DNA of 64,000 bases from Cycas panzhihuaensis. Taxonomy: Eukaryota > Plantae > Cycadophyta. A program made the translations under genes and the position numbers. Positions within the stretch are counted from its first letter, which is position 1, and each line of letters begins with the position of its first letter. The notes under the pieces were generated by a model. It had not been told where the DNA came from. It saw only the letters and a list, made by a program, of their open reading frames with translations, and did not search any database. Of this stretch, positions 26,770-41,080 are shown piece by piece. The DNA is taken from the NCBI GenBank assembly GCA_023213395.1, contig CM041465.1, forward strand, positions 167,407,741-167,471,740. Direction: 5' to 3'.

Positions 26770-28986
26770 GGTGAAGGTGACCTTCGCGCACCCTTCCCTC
26801 TACCATGCGAAGGGCGAGGATCGGAGATCTATCCATTCGATCAGTATCTTTGTTGAACATCATGACCACATTCCCCATGTTTGGGAATGGGTCTCTATGA
26901 ATGGGTGATCGAGATTAGGCCTCGATGCTCGCACAGGGACGAGTCGCGTGGCGCCGTGCCCGGCAGCGCATCGTCATGGAAACACTCCCGTGGATGGAAC
27001 ACCAACTCTTCTCAAGGGAGGATCGGTCCTCCTTGCTTGAGAAGATCGGGTGTTACCCCTTTGGGGGCATCGCACGAGAAGTCTCTGGGCAGTCTATGGG
27101 AGGTAGGCGATGAAGGAGGTTGGAGTTTTAGCTCCTTCATCGCTCGCTCAAATGAGCGAATAAGCGGAGGTGAGGGGTCTAGGGTCCTCTCGGTCGGATG
27201 AGAGGTGGACCTAGCGGCTGCGAAGGTGTGGTCTCCTTGCTGGAAGGCGCCTCACGACGTTGCGAGGGCTTGGGAGGTTTCTTGAGTCCCGCTTGGATCT
27301 CAATAGCCTCCAAAGCTAAACACCTCGAGATGGCGAGTCGCATGTGGTTGCCTCCATCTTAAGGACTTCCATATGGACTTCAGGACGAAGTGCGTTGACA
27401 AAGAGATCCCTCTTCAACTCCTCAGGCAATGTGGCCTTGGTGGAGTGAAGGAGGTCGTGAAAGCGTCGCACAAAGTCACGGTTCATCTCATCGTGGCCTT
27501 GTTTGAGCGACACAAGCGCCTTCATTCCGCTCTCGAATGGGCGCGCTACGTCAAAATAGTTGACGAACTCGTTCACTAGTCTTTGGAATGAGGAGATCGA
27601 ATGGGGGAAGGCGGTAGAACCACTTGAGGCGCCGCCCGCAAGGATCGCGGAAGAGCTTCATCAAGATGTGGTCGTGGGCCCAATAGTCAATGCACGCCAT
27701 GGAAAAGTCAGCACATGCTCGGTTGGGTCTGCGACGAAGTCCCATCAAATTTGGGGACTTGAGGAGGATGAGGCGGCAAGTTAGTTCTCAACGCCTCAGC
27801 AGACAAGGCGTCGACCTATAGTCCACGAAAGGACGTGTCCTTGCACAGGCTAAGGGATCGACAACCGTGAAGAACGGATGGGGTGTCGGTCCCATCCCTC
27901 CTTGAGAAACACCCCTTGTGGGAAGGGGTGCGGGTAGATGTTCGGAAGGAGGCGCGCTCAGGCCTTGTCTTGTGACAGGAGTCGCTACCGGACGTCGGAA
28001 GCAGGGTGAGGGCCGGGTTTGCCCATATGGGCCACCGTGGGTGGCGCGACCCCATATGGGTGCAACGGGTCCACTCCATGTATGTGGAGGTGGTTTCCCT
28101 TGCCCGCCCCAAGGTGGTGACGTGTAGCCCGGGGCACGTGAAGAGAAGGACCACCAACCGGGTTACGACATACGCAGGCGGGTCCCACATGGTCAAGGCG
28201 GCCAGCTAGCGAGCCTCGAGGCCTACTAGGAAACGCGGGGGCCACGTTCGGCGGTGGCACGGGCGTTTGGTTTGAGCAAGGCATACTAACCCCGAGTTGA
28301 GGAAAGATGCGCCGCCGCTGTCCCGAGGAAGTGGGACCACGACTGGGGACGGCAAGCGCAACACTTGCCTTAGGAGCCGGGGTAGACACGGCATAGGACG
28401 TGTGTGTGTGGCGGGACGTATCAATCGTCGTAGATGACGTGGGCATGGATGAGGAAGACGCCACGTTGCGTAGCATCTCCGTTAACCATCTAGAGGCGGT
28501 TGGCGAACCGCCGAAAGTACTGCCAGCGCCTCGGCCGCGTCGGCGGAGGGGTATCCTCATAGCCATACGAGGTCGAAGGGACTTGGTAGGGGACCTCAGT
28601 GGCTCCTCGTAAGGCTCGCCCGGTGGGGTGGCGGGTCTCACGAGTAGCCGGGTCTTCCATTGCATGAGTGGAAGGCTCAAAATCTTCTGGTGGAAATGGT
28701 CATCGGGGTAATAGATGGAATCCTCGCCCTCACGGGTGGATTCGGAGCAGACGAAGGAACTCATGAGTGCGAAGTCATGGCATGGTAGGCCCAATCGGAC
28801 GGGTATCCTTCCATTGCGAAACGGGGCTCGACGATGGAATGAAGCGCGACGATTGGTCTTAACAACGGCGGCAAACCCAAGCTGCCGCGAAACGTCGCAT
28901 GCAACGCCTCGCGGCGTTGTTAGAAAAGCGAAAAGGAAAAGGAAGGAAAGCCGCAAACCCGTTGGGGTTGCCCAACTCAAAAGCAA
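26770..28986 (-). CDS. gag of the young element (Pro/Ser-rich N-terminus plus retrotransposon gag core), split by apparent frameshifts
   Basis: HDHILMKLF...LKWFYRLP...FVNYFDV...LKQGHDEMNRDFVRRF...LFVNALRP at 27316-27750. Start position uncertain. Confidence 0.75.
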
Positions 28987-29053
28987 AATGCGAGCCTACC
29001 TAAAGGCAAGAGCACCAACACGAAGGGAGGCGGATCTAGCTCCCTTCTTGGCG

Positions 29054-29071
29054 GTCCCAAGATGGTCGCCA
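29054..29071 (-). promoter_or_regulatory. primer binding site, tRNA-Arg type
   Basis: TGGCGACCATCTTGGGAC directly after the LTR end CGTTTCA. A TGGCGAC start is typical of Tat/Ogre PBS. Confidence 0.85.
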
Positions 29072-31618
29072 TGAAACGCTCTCCACGGGCAATGATCCAA
29101 CGCCTAGCGGGAAGGACACAAAACCACGTGGCTAATAGGCTAAAGAACGAGGATCATACCTCGCGGGACGTCCGTCTTGGCGGAGGCCGAGTGCACGGAT
29201 CGCAAGGTGCTGGTTGCTTCAGTGGCCGTCAGGCGAGACCCTCCTACCCCGGATGGCCGGAAGGGAAAAGGAAACTACGCTACTTCTCAAGGTAATGAGA
29301 AAGCGGCGAAGGGGCAACCAACCGAACGTGTCACGTAAGATATATGCAAGAGCGGCTAAGGAGGGATCGGTCAAAGGATCTCAAATACCATAATACGCGG
29401 GGTATAGCAAAGAAAGATACAAGTAAAGCAAATGCAGAGTAAAAAGCAAGTACAAAATAAATAGTTATTTCTTCCCCTTTTTCTTATGTTCTTTAACTAC
29501 TAAAGCAAGTGTAAAGAAACGTAAGAGCACGAAAAAAGGGTATGGAAGGTGAGCGGAGAATACACGGATCCGGCGGTTGAGACGCAGTGTCATGCAGTTG
29601 CGCTTCCTCCCGTCGTCCTCCTCGTATGCGGCGTCGGTTGCAAGCGGTGATGGGGGATCACTTACCTCCCCGAAAGCAAATAAACACTAACTAAACTGAA
29701 ACGATAAAATAATAAAGCTCAAAGCGACACAAACAAAAGGGAGAACGTACCAAACAAGCGTCGGCCAAGAAGGTCGACCATGCGCCCCTTTGTTCCGAAC
29801 GCTCCTGCAAGCAAATAAGCAGAATACCTTCCTCTCGAGAGAGAGGCTACGAGATACAAAAAGGTATGTATATATGTGCCGCAAGTAAAATAAACTAAGC
29901 TAGGAAGATACGGTTAAGCACTAACATGCAATGAAAGGAAACGAAGTCACACGACACATATGCAAGCGATATACACCACCAACGCACCAAACGGGATTGA
30001 GTGTAGCCTCGGGATGGCTAACTCACCCACGAGAGGTCTCTACAGATATAAGGGAGCGATGCTAGCATGTAACAGGGGCCGGGTCGTGTAGCAACGGATA
30101 GCCTATACCAAGACGGGTATTCAAACCGACTCTCAAAGCTTCTCTAGCCCCGCTTCCTAAACAAGAGCGGGAGATAAAGGGGGAGAGGATAAGGGACGGA
30201 ACCCTTGGGGAGTAGGGCAAGACTGGGGACGGAACCCCGCCTACCTCCCTCTAACCCTCGTGTAACCCTTTATGCCTGGCTTGCCCAAGAAATGGCGAAA
30301 GAGAAGGGTTGGAGGAAAAGGATGGGTTTAGGGGGGGCAAGTGAGAAACTAGGCCTAGCCTAGGGCAACACTCCAATGGGCCACAACCGCTACTGATTGT
30401 TGCATCAAATGATCAAGGAAACTCAAGGAAATACATGCACAAAGAGAGGAAAAGATTTGCAAGTAAGCAATGAAGAAATAAGCAAAAAGCACTTAACAAG
30501 GGACACCAAATACCTCCAATGATGAGAAATGAGAGCATGTAGGTCCTTGGAAGCTTGGTGTAGCGGTCCAACCAATGCCTATGAGGTGTTGTTGCATGTC
30601 CCTTGCAAGAGAATAAGGTAGTGGAACCTCATGCAAGTCAAAAGCTTGGAAATGGCTCCTTGCGATGGTCTTTCTTGGTGAAAAATCCTCTTGAAAGCCT
30701 TGAGAATGTATGAAGAGGAAGAGTGCTTAGAACGGAGTCGTGAGGGGCAAGAATGGCCTGCAACTCCAAAGAATAGCAGCCCTTTGTACCTCGATCCACA
30801 AATGTAGGAGGATGTCTCTTATCACCGCTTTTGTTCTTTGTCTCTTTGTGAAAAAATGCTCTAAGAAAGTTGAAAAGTGAGGTGAATAATGATGCAAATG
30901 AATGAAAAAATGGTTTTTATGTCTCGAGTGAAGCAAGTGAACGTTGGGGGCCCTCGCGCCCAACTGATTAGGAGCCACGCGATTCATGAAAATCGCGGCC
31001 AGCCGCGTGGTTTCTCTTTTTAAATTTTAAGCGATCGTCTGCGATAAACTTAGCTGGTCGCTAAGTTTATCATGCAGACGCTTGGTACCGCCTTGAACTC
31101 CGCAGATCATGCTGCAATTTATGCATGATGCGAAACCCAAAAAAAAAACAGAAAATTAAAGTAAGAAATCGTGTTTTAAGGTAAAATCATAAGTTAAACT
31201 CAAAATACATTAGTCAAGAGCGGTTTTAGGTCATGGGCATGTGCTCAAAGCGGTGCAAAAGACCTAACTAAGGGTTAAACCAAAGCTTAGAAAGGGTTTG
31301 CAACATAAGCGACGCCGGTAACATGCATAAACAGTGGCAAAAGCATCCCGAAAGACCATGGAGACGCGTCGTGGGTGGTTGCACGCCATACGGTGTCGCG
31401 ATTCACGATGAATGCCCCCGCTGTGAGTCGTCATAGGCTAAAAGGTGCCGTTAGGCACATGCATAATGAACAAGCAATCAAACAGGTGCATATGGACAGG
31501 CACATGTCAATCAAACCATTCCCACCATCGCAACGATCATAAGTAAGCAAAGTAAAGGCATATACCTCACAAACCTGTGTCGATGTGTCGCAAGTCCATT
31601 CCCGATAGCCGGGAAACA
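29072..31618 (-). repeat. 5' LTR of the young element
   Basis: Direct repeat of 21672-24203, followed by TSD GGTAG. Confidence 0.95.
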
Positions 31619-31820
31619 GGTAGTAAGCAAACGATTGAGGCCTATGGGGCCCAAGAGATTCTTGTAGGTCAATTTTCTCTAAAATTAATGGTTGAAAATA
31701 ACCAAGTGGTCTATGATCAACACAAGATACCGATTAAAATAAGATATATAAACTATTATGGTCAAATTTTGGGTCATGGACTTTTCTTTTTTAACAAACT
31801 AGTTGCAAGACTAAACTTAA

Positions 31821-34102
31821 TGTTTCACTAAAACTAAGCCTAAATCCATCCTCATATATTTCATGAATAAGTATCTTTTTAATCTACATTTAATCAATTG
31901 ATTTAAAGGCCATTTTATGTTATGTTGGACCACTTTTAGTTTTGGTGAAATATGGTATCAATCTTGTGAATGGTTTATGGTGGATGATGATGATTATACT
32001 ATTATGTAGTTATTTGTTAATGACTAAAACTATAGTGACATAATTCCACCTTTAAGATCATTTTGACTCACTTTTTCTTCTTGTAATATTTTCTTATTTT
32101 AGTCTTTTTCTCTTGATTTTATATTCGAGATTGTCATCTTTTTATGATTATTAGGCTTGTGCTTAAGTTTTCACCCCTTTTGGGCTGGTATTTTTCATTA
32201 ATAAGGTTATTTTGATTCAAATTTTCTTGATCAAATTTGACCTTGGTAGTTGAATATTAAAATTTTCACTTTATGTTTCATCACATTTTTGCCTATACTA
32301 AAAACACAATCAATCGTGTTTTATTAAGGTAACCATATTTTTTGTTAGTGACAAAATGTGGTCGATCAAATTTTTTACTATTATACATGTAAATATTTTT
32401 TCTTAATGTATCATTCTTACATGCCACCACCCAAACCTACCCCCATTCATGCCTAAAATCCTCTAAAACCCTTTAGTGGACTCAAAAGTAATGGCTTGCT
32501 TTGGATTTTGATGGTGTAAGTAAAATTCTAAGAGATTTTGGACTTTTATCTTTGGGAAATAAACAAAGAGTTAAGAGAAAAATATTTGGAGCTTGGAATG
32601 ATACTTTCATGCTATTCATATTTGAATTGTTATTTCTTTTTTGAGGTATATTTTAATTGTTGAACTATTTATCTCAAGCTTCATCTATTTAATAAGATCT
32701 TTTACGTCACCTTTTCTTTAGATTTAGAGCTTTCTTGATACTTTTTTTTTGTGGCTAGTTATTGCTCTCTCCCTTATTTGAATACTAAAAATTTTTCACC
32801 TTCATCTCTTTTTTTTTTTCTCCCTTGGGAATCCTTGGCTAAAAGGTTAGCCCTTTATGGAAATCTAAGGAAATTAACTATTATGAAGAGAGATCTTCCT
32901 CTTTACCTTGAAATATAGATATTTCTTTTCATTGTTCTTAACTGTCCAAGTTTCTCAACAAATTTTAATCTTACCTTCTCTATTTTTCACTGTTGTGTTT
33001 CTTCTTCCCAATTTCTTCCTCTCTTCTGTTGGTTTAAAGGGAAAATTTAGGAAAGATTAATCTTAATAAAAGAGGTTTGTTATTTTGAGGTATAAAATAC
33101 ATCATTTAAGTTGTGGATTATGGAAATTATTTGTGCTATATTCCTTGGCTCTTTACTTTTCTCTGTCCTATATATAAAAGAAAAAATAATGCATGAATAT
33201 TTATGAATGAAAACTTGTGAGTTAGAATAAAGTTTATATGAGGTTTAGAGATCCCATGGTACCTTGAAGATCCATGAGTGATAGAATCTCTTTATGTTTT
33301 TTCAATCTACTATTTGTTCAATCAATAGATTCATCATATAATTAGTTGTGTATTTATTTTATAGACTACATGCCATCTCTTAGTAGCTGAAATCATCTTT
33401 GAAATTTCTTACATTCATTAAAATCACCATCAAGATTAAAAAATAACATGCATATAAATTGAAAGCTATAGCATAAGTTTTGCATGTTACTTCCACTTTT
33501 GTTAAGTTGTATGAATTCAATACTTCATGTTATAGGAGTTGCATTTCATTCTTTTTATATTTGAAAGAAAATGTGTCTTGAATACTTAGAAGATAATAGT
33601 TCTTTTGATTCATGTAAGCTTTATCCTAAAAAAAAAAGAGATTGCATGCATGGTTTGTTTTTTCTTATTTAGGTTAAAAATATAGTTCATCTCTTTATTT
33701 TCATTGGTGTTTTTTATTGCACTTTTGAGAAGTTTATAATTCTTCCATTACTTTAGCTATTTGTTTATTGGAATAGGCCCAAAAAGTTAAAATAATTCAA
33801 GGAAAGGAACCTTAAAAAGGAGACAAAAACATTGTTAGTATAATTATGAGCTTAGAACTCTTATACTTGCTTGTGTACTCTATGGATCCTTGTACCTCCT
33901 TTTCACATTCTATCCTTCTGTTGCTACAGTTACATTTAAACTAAACAATATGATTAAATAGAGACTCATTTCTAAGAGTTGGAAAATATGGTCCTTAGGT
34001 TCCCAAAGTCTCTTATTTCTCTTAGTCTTGACCTAAAATAGATGAAACACAATATCATTAAGAGATATCTTGCCTTGGCCCAACTAAAGGATGCCATCTT
34101 TC
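31821..34102 (+). repeat. 5' LTR of element B
   Basis: Starts TGTTTCAC; colinear with 45927-47860 up to TCTTCCATT. Confidence 0.85.
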
Positions 34103-34120
34103 TGATGACCATACTAGGGA
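34103..34120 (+). promoter_or_regulatory. primer binding site, tRNA-Arg type (decayed)
   Basis: TGATGACCATACTAGGGA. Confidence 0.7.
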
Positions 34121-35399
34121 GTTACCATTTGTTCTTTGTTTAAAGTAATAGAAGCTACACCTCCTCCTTAAAGAAGATCATTGAGACTTCAAGGTCTCCC
34201 ACCTAATTTTTAACTTTAATCCTCACACTCCACTCATGAAGTTTTATCTTCCTATATTAATCCTTCAAAACACCACATACATGATAATTATATTTATCCT
34301 TTCAAAGATTCAACTCAATTGTATGAGATACCTATGGAGCAAGGATAACTAAACCTTCTTAATTTCCTAGTGGTGCTAGTGTTCCTCTTATGTCTTCCTC
34401 CTTTGTATAAGAAGAAATCCCTTTTACTCAAGCACCCCCATCTTATTTTGACTTGGTTGTTACTAGGGTTCCTACTACCCTTTATATGCCCGAATATTAA
34501 GATCTTTTCTATCGAAAAGCCCATACTATGTCATCTTCTCCTCAACACCATTAATTTGACCCATTACATGAGGAATACAAGTTCATATAGACTAAGCCCT
34601 ATATTTTTCCTAATCTTAACCAATCACCTTTACCTTCCCATCCTCCTTCACCTAGTCCACTCTCCCCTCCTTCAGGAGAGGTTGAAGATCATAAATTGGT
34701 TCATTCCCAACTTCTCCCTTCACCTTCTATATTGCAAGTTCAAATACATTCTTCTCATGTAGTGTCTTCTACATATGAGAGACCCTTTAATATACTTATT
34801 CAAGATAATCCTATCTATTCTTTTATCCCCACTTCTTAACAAGTAGGTCTATCTTCTTCAATCCTACAACCTATCTATTTATATCTTAGTAGAGTAGCCT
34901 CTTCCCACCTGGTTGCTACTTCAACTCAATTACCACCCTAGGCTTCTCATACAGTCATTTCCTAGAGTGTTAGACCTTACATCCCCTCTCTTAGGGCATC
35001 TAATTTAATATCCTCTTCTCAACCTATTTCTCATACCTATGTCATTCAACCTCATCCTTCACTTGTTTAATCTCAAGCCTTAGGGGTTTGTTAATCCTAC
35101 TTTGTCATCATACGTCCCTAGAACAACCTTTAAAAAAATGTATTTTCCTTCATTTAATCCTATTTTCCCTTGATATCCCATTTTTTAAACTAATTTTGTG
35201 GTAAATTCTTCTACCTAGTTTAACCCTTCTTCTTCCCTTCTAACCTATTCTATGCCTCATCAACAACAACCTAGCTCCTTTACCACCCCATGTCCTCCAT
35301 CCTTATCTCAACATTCTACAATATTGAGGCCAAGGAAGCCTTTATTAAATTATATGAAATTTCCTTTTCTATGTGAGGTCTTAATATCTCTTATGCTTC

Positions 35400-38300
35400 T
35401 ATTTTTACTTAAGTTACTCAAATTCTCAGGTGAATCTTCTCAAGATCTCACCTCTCACATAAAATTGTTTGTGCTTACTTATGCCAACTTTATGTCGTAT
35501 GACTATATCATGATATACCTATTCTCTAAATCACTTTAAAGTGATGCATTGAAGTGGTTTTATCACCTCCCTTCTGCACCCATCCTCTCATTCTAATAGT
35601 CGGTTGACTTCTTCATCAATTATTTTGATGTGGAAAGACTTTTGAGTCTAAGATTAAATCACTCTTGGCTATTAAGCAAAACCATGATGAAACCTTAAGA
35701 GATTTCATGAGAAGATTTCAAGACCAAGTACACGCATGCTATTCCTGACTTGATCCTAATCTATTTCTTTACCTATTGATTAATGCTTTGATACCCCATA
35801 TTTATCTTGAAATATTTAATCTTGGCCCTCATACCTATGAGAAAGCCATTGATTGATGCTTAGCCTTGGAAACTTTTGAAATATAAGTAGACATTAAAAA
35901 TGTTAGAAAATCTATCCCTTCTAAGGAGATGATTCAAATGCCTAAAACTTCTCATTCTAAGCCAACCTATGATTATTTGACCTCGTCCATTAGGTCATTA
36001 GAGTGTATGATCAACACTAAATTGCATGTTGATAGTCCTACTATAAATCCTTCTACTTAAGAAATAAAAGTTATTTATCTTACTAAAGGGAGAAAGAAAC
36101 CACCCACATCTTCTCCTCCTTTTAGGAAGAGAAAATGGTGTCCTAATCATGAAATTAACAATCATTATAGAAGTTAATTTCACATAGTTCAAGTGATAAC
36201 TCAAAATATGAACAATTAAATAAATCAGATTTCTTAAACTACTCAAGATCAAATGGTTCATAAGGACCCTCTACCCCAAGACCAAGATAAAAAAAATAAG
36301 AATGATAAGGGCAAGGGTAAATAAATTGAAGATAACAAAGGTGAATCTTCTGGCTCTAGTTCATCAAAGAAACCAACTACCTCTTATAATCCTTCAATGA
36401 AGCATGTTAATAATCAAACTCACCCACTTCCTAAAGGTGGTGAAATTGAGAGAACCATTAACATGGTGAAGATTACAAAGAGTGCGGGTTCATCTAAATC
36501 ACTTGATGATTTGATGACTAAAAATCCCAACTCTTTACCTCTTATTTTCTCGTGTCCCATTAGATTTTGGTCTATTCCCTCTAGTTTAAAGGATGGATCA
36601 TTTTCATTGGTAAATGAGTTAAAGACTATTCCCACTAGTATTTTAGTTATTGCTTTGTTGAAGTATTGCTCAGAGTAGCATTATCTCCTATTTGATGTAT
36701 TGGGAGTTCCTGCTATCATTCACTCATCTACTTCTATGCTCTCCTTCAAAGCCACCTTGTCCACTCATACTAATCATGTTCTAAATGATATTCCCTAATT
36801 TTATATTAAAATTATCAAGGATGATATTAACATCAAGCATGTCATCATTGATGAGGGATCATTTGTCAATGTAATCCCTCTTAATCTTGCTAAGGATTTA
36901 GAGATTTTAGTCTTTGACCCTTGTGAATGGATTTGCCTAGGATATGATGAGAACCAAAAGTTTTTCTTGGTCAAGTCACTCTCCCTTTGACTCTTGAGGA
37001 AAAGACTATTTATACTAAGTTGACCATTATTAATATTGACTTTGAATATAGTATCCTTTTAGGTAGACTATGGATTACCCAAATGACTACTATTTGCTCT
37101 TCTCTTTTTGATGAACTTTAGTTCATCTATGAGGGTGAGTTGAAGATTATCAAACACAAATCAAAACCTATTAAAAAATCAATCCCACTCATTGAGGCTT
37201 TCTCTAAACCTAGCAAATCATCTAATTCTTTGAAATACTTCTTTCAATCTTTAGAATTAGGATAATATTTCTCCATTGAGACTCCTCCTCCTTAAGGATA
37301 AGTAAAAGGTGTTGACTTGGCTAAAATTGTTCCTATTAAACTAAGTTCTTCATCCATTCCTGATCTTATGGGTCATACCCATTAATCTTTTTATCTCCTC
37401 CTCTTCTTCTTATGAAGAGGTAATGTCACATTTTATTATGCCTTATGATGAAACAACTATGAGTCAAATAATTGAGTCAAACCTTTCACTCTTCACTCAT
37501 GGTCATTTTCCATAGGTCTTGTGTTTACCTTTAACTATGGATACTTTAGTTTCCTTTATCATGACTATTCCCTTAATAGATCATATGATTTCACCTTCAC
37601 ATGATGTGTCTACTCCTCAAGTGGCTCTTTTCTCTTAATCTCCTCTTTTTACCACATGGTTGAATAAACACAAGAAGAAAATGTCATTGCATATGCAACC
37701 TAATTTAGTATTAGATGACGAGGTTGTTCAATCAGATACTATATCTCAAATAAATCAAATTATACCAAATAGAGTTCAAGAGGTGAATTTGGTTTTGGTT
37801 ATTTTCTTTCCCCTCATTATCCTATTGATAATTCTCTATCATTCCTTATCCATGTGGCTTTATCTAACCAAAATCATGATCTTCACCATCATAAGTTTGA
37901 GTAAACTATCACCTAAACTTGGGAATTTATTGATAGACCCATTCCTTTTTCCTAAGTTCCTTCAATCATTGAGTTTTTACTCACTCATTGAAACTCTTTT
38001 TTTGATGATTCCCAACCTTCTAAGCCATTGTTTTCTTCTTTTGACCTACTAAAGAATCTTATCCTCATAGACCTCTTTCATTTAGATCATTTTAAACATG
38101 ACAAGGCAATCCTTGAGCATTTAGCAGGATTGACCCCTAATCTCTTCTCTTGCCACTATAAGTTAGGTTTCTCAAATTTGATACAACCTAATTCCCTATT
38201 AATCAATCACTCTCAATATAAGGAACTGATTTCTCTCAAAGAACTTGCTCCTCCTCATTTTGAAGAGGGTAATGCCATGCTTATAGAAGAAACTATTGAT

Positions 38301-41070
38301 ATTAACTTAGGGTTAGGGGATACTCCTAAAATCATTAAAGTTGGAACCAATTATTCTACTAAAGAGATCTCCTAGTTCATGGATTTATTTTGAGAGTTTC
38401 ATTTAGTTTTTACTTTGGATTATAATGACATGTAGAGTCTTGATCCCAATGTTGTTGAACATGATATCATTGTTATCCCTGGTATTAAACCCAAGTGCCA
38501 AAAATAAAGTCCTATTTATCCACATCTTTCCACTGCGAGGTTAAAAAATTGTTAAAGGCTAGATTCATTGAGAGTGTCAATTACTCTCAATGGATCTCAA
38601 ATATAGTCTCAATTATAAAAAATGATGGCTTGATTTAAATTTGTATTAACTTTTAGGATATTAATGATTCCTATCCCAAAGATAATTTTCCCCTTCCTTT
38701 TTTTAATTAAATTTGGGATTAAATAACTATTTTTAAAGTTATGTCCCTTATGGATGGTTTCTCTAGATATAATCAAATCTTTATTACACCTCGATATTGT
38801 CATAAAACAACTTTTACTACTTCTTGGGGTACCTTCATTTACAAAGTCATGCCTTTTAGGTTGAAGAATGTTGGGGCTATATATCAAAGAGTGATAGTCT
38901 TTATTTTTCATGATTTAATTGGTAATATCATCACTATGTATTTAGATGACATTCTTGCTCTCTCTCATAGATGGCATGACTATGTGCACGATATAGGAGC
39001 AATTTTTAAAAGGTGTAGAAAATATTATTTATGTTTGAATCCTTTCAAATGTTTTTTTACAGTACTTCAAGAAAGATACTTAGTAATATCATCTCTCATG
39101 ATGGAATAAGAGTAGATTATGATAAAGTGAAGGTAATTATTGATATATCTCCCCAAAAGACCTAAAAATAAAGCAAATATTTCTTAAGTAGACTTGGTTT
39201 TCTGAGACATTTTATTACTAATTTTACCCTAGATGCTAAGCCTCAGACTAATATCTTAAAAAAAGATATTGAATTACAATAGAGCCCTCAAGTTCAATAG
39301 TTTTTTGATAGATTTAAATAAGCATTAGTCTCACCTATTGTGCTTTCTCCCATAATATTTTATAAACCTTTCATCCTATACACTTCTTCTATGAAAGAGT
39401 CATTAGCAGGCATGCTAGCACAAGAAGATGACTTTACTAAAGAATGAGCAATTTATTTCATTAGTAGAACCTTAGTGGCAGCTAAACTTCACTATCCCCC
39501 TCTAGATAAAGAATGTCCTTCTTTAATCTTTACCACTAAAAATTTTGCATCACTACCTTCTTAGAAATAAGCTCCTTCTTATCATCTAATTTGATCCCAT
39601 CTGATATCTTTTAACTAAAACAAACCTTACTAGAAGATGATGTAAATGGTCCCTATTATTACTAGAGTTTGTCTTTCACATTGTTAATAGGAAATCTAAG
39701 AAAGGCATGGTCATTATGGAGATCATGGATAATGCTTCCTTGCCAAATCTTACTAATCAACCTATTGATAATATACGTTTTGGTGAATATGTCCTTCATA
39801 TCTAGACTATCTCTTCTGATGACCCCTAGTACAAAGAGATTAAATCTTATCTTCATGATCAAAATCTCCCCTCTTCTTCTACATCAAATAAGAGAAAATG
39901 AAGTTGGACTATTGCTTGACAATACTTATTGTTTGATGGTGTGATCTATAAACATTCCTTTGATGGGATTCTGTTAATGTGTCTCTCCCCTAATGAGACC
40001 CTTATGGCATTAATAGAGTGATATAGTGGAATATGTGGTGGCCATTTTTATGGCCAATCTATTGCCTAGTGTATTCTTTGTATGGGTTATTATTAGCCTA
40101 CTCTATTCAAAGATGCATATGCTTATATTTAAAAGTGTGAAAAATGATAATCCCATGCCATGTTAATTTATAAACTTGACCAAGAGCTAATATTTGTTAT
40201 TTCTCCTTAGCCCTTCTATCAATAGGGCTTTGATCTCATTAGTCAAATATTTCCTACTTCATCTAATGGTGAAAATTTTATTATTACTAGAACTAAGTAC
40301 TTTATCAAATGGAGTGAAGCTATTCCATTGGTTTCTACTATAGGAAATATTATTATTATGTTTATTTTTCAATATATTATTTGTAGATTTGGGGTACCTA
40401 ACATTATCATTATTGATAATGGGTCTTTGTTTTGTAATCCCCATGTCAATGAGTTGTGTAATAAGTTTTGTATTATCCATAGCATATCCATCGCTTATCA
40501 TCCATAAGTGAATGGCTAAGTAGAGGTATTTAACAAAACCTTAGCTAAGATCTTAGTTAAGACTGTGATGACTTCACATAGAGATTGGCATATCTAACTA
40601 TTTTTGGCATTGTAGGCATGTAGGAATTTGATTAGAAATGTTATAGGCATGACTCCATTCTCTCTAGTTTATGGTGTCAAGACTATTCTCCCATTAGAAG
40701 TTGAGATTCCCTCATTATGTGTCTCACTAAAATAATTTAATGATGAAGAGTTCCAAAGTGAGGCACATCTCTTAGAACTTAAAAAAGTAGATGAGATGTG
40801 TTTATAGGCAATACAAAATAATATGGCTTCTAAATCCAAGGTTCAAGTTACTCATGATAGATAGCTTAGACCTAGGAAATTTTGTGTTTGTGATACAATT
40901 TTAAAATTGGAATATCTCCATGACAAATAATGGAAGTTCTCTCCTAAATAGACCAAACCTTACTTAATTGTTAAAGATTTAAACAATGGTACTTATTGAA
41001 TCTCTATGATGGAGGCTTGAAATTCAAGAAGCCTATTAACTCTTAATATTTAAGGAAGTTTTATAGCTAA
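35400..41070 (+). pseudogene. gypsy gag-pol remnant of element B
   Basis: gag KFSGESSQD..SHI..ALKWFYHLP; protease VIIDEGSFVNV; RT MDGFSRYNQI, VMPFRLKN, MYLDDIL; RH YPPLDKEC; INT GICGGHF, ICRFGVP; ends INS*YLRKFYS* at 41070. Confidence 0.9.
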
Positions 41071-41080
41071 TGACATCTTG

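Larger units (their letters stand above)
21672..31618 (-). mobile_element. young non-autonomous Tat-type Ty3/gypsy element (gag + protease only, TR-GAG-like), 9.9 kb
   Basis: Two LTRs of about 2.5 kb with TG...CA ends, perfect TSD GGTAG (21667-21671 and 31619-31623), tRNA-Arg-type PBS, gag and protease motifs. No RT/RH/INT in the 4.87-kb interior. CpG-rich. Confidence 0.93.

Noticed and set aside
27985-28986. Independent 333-aa gene or Ogre-like ORF1
   Set aside because: Non-ATG start and low complexity; more simply the leader plus frameshifted gag N-terminus. It cannot be fully excluded.
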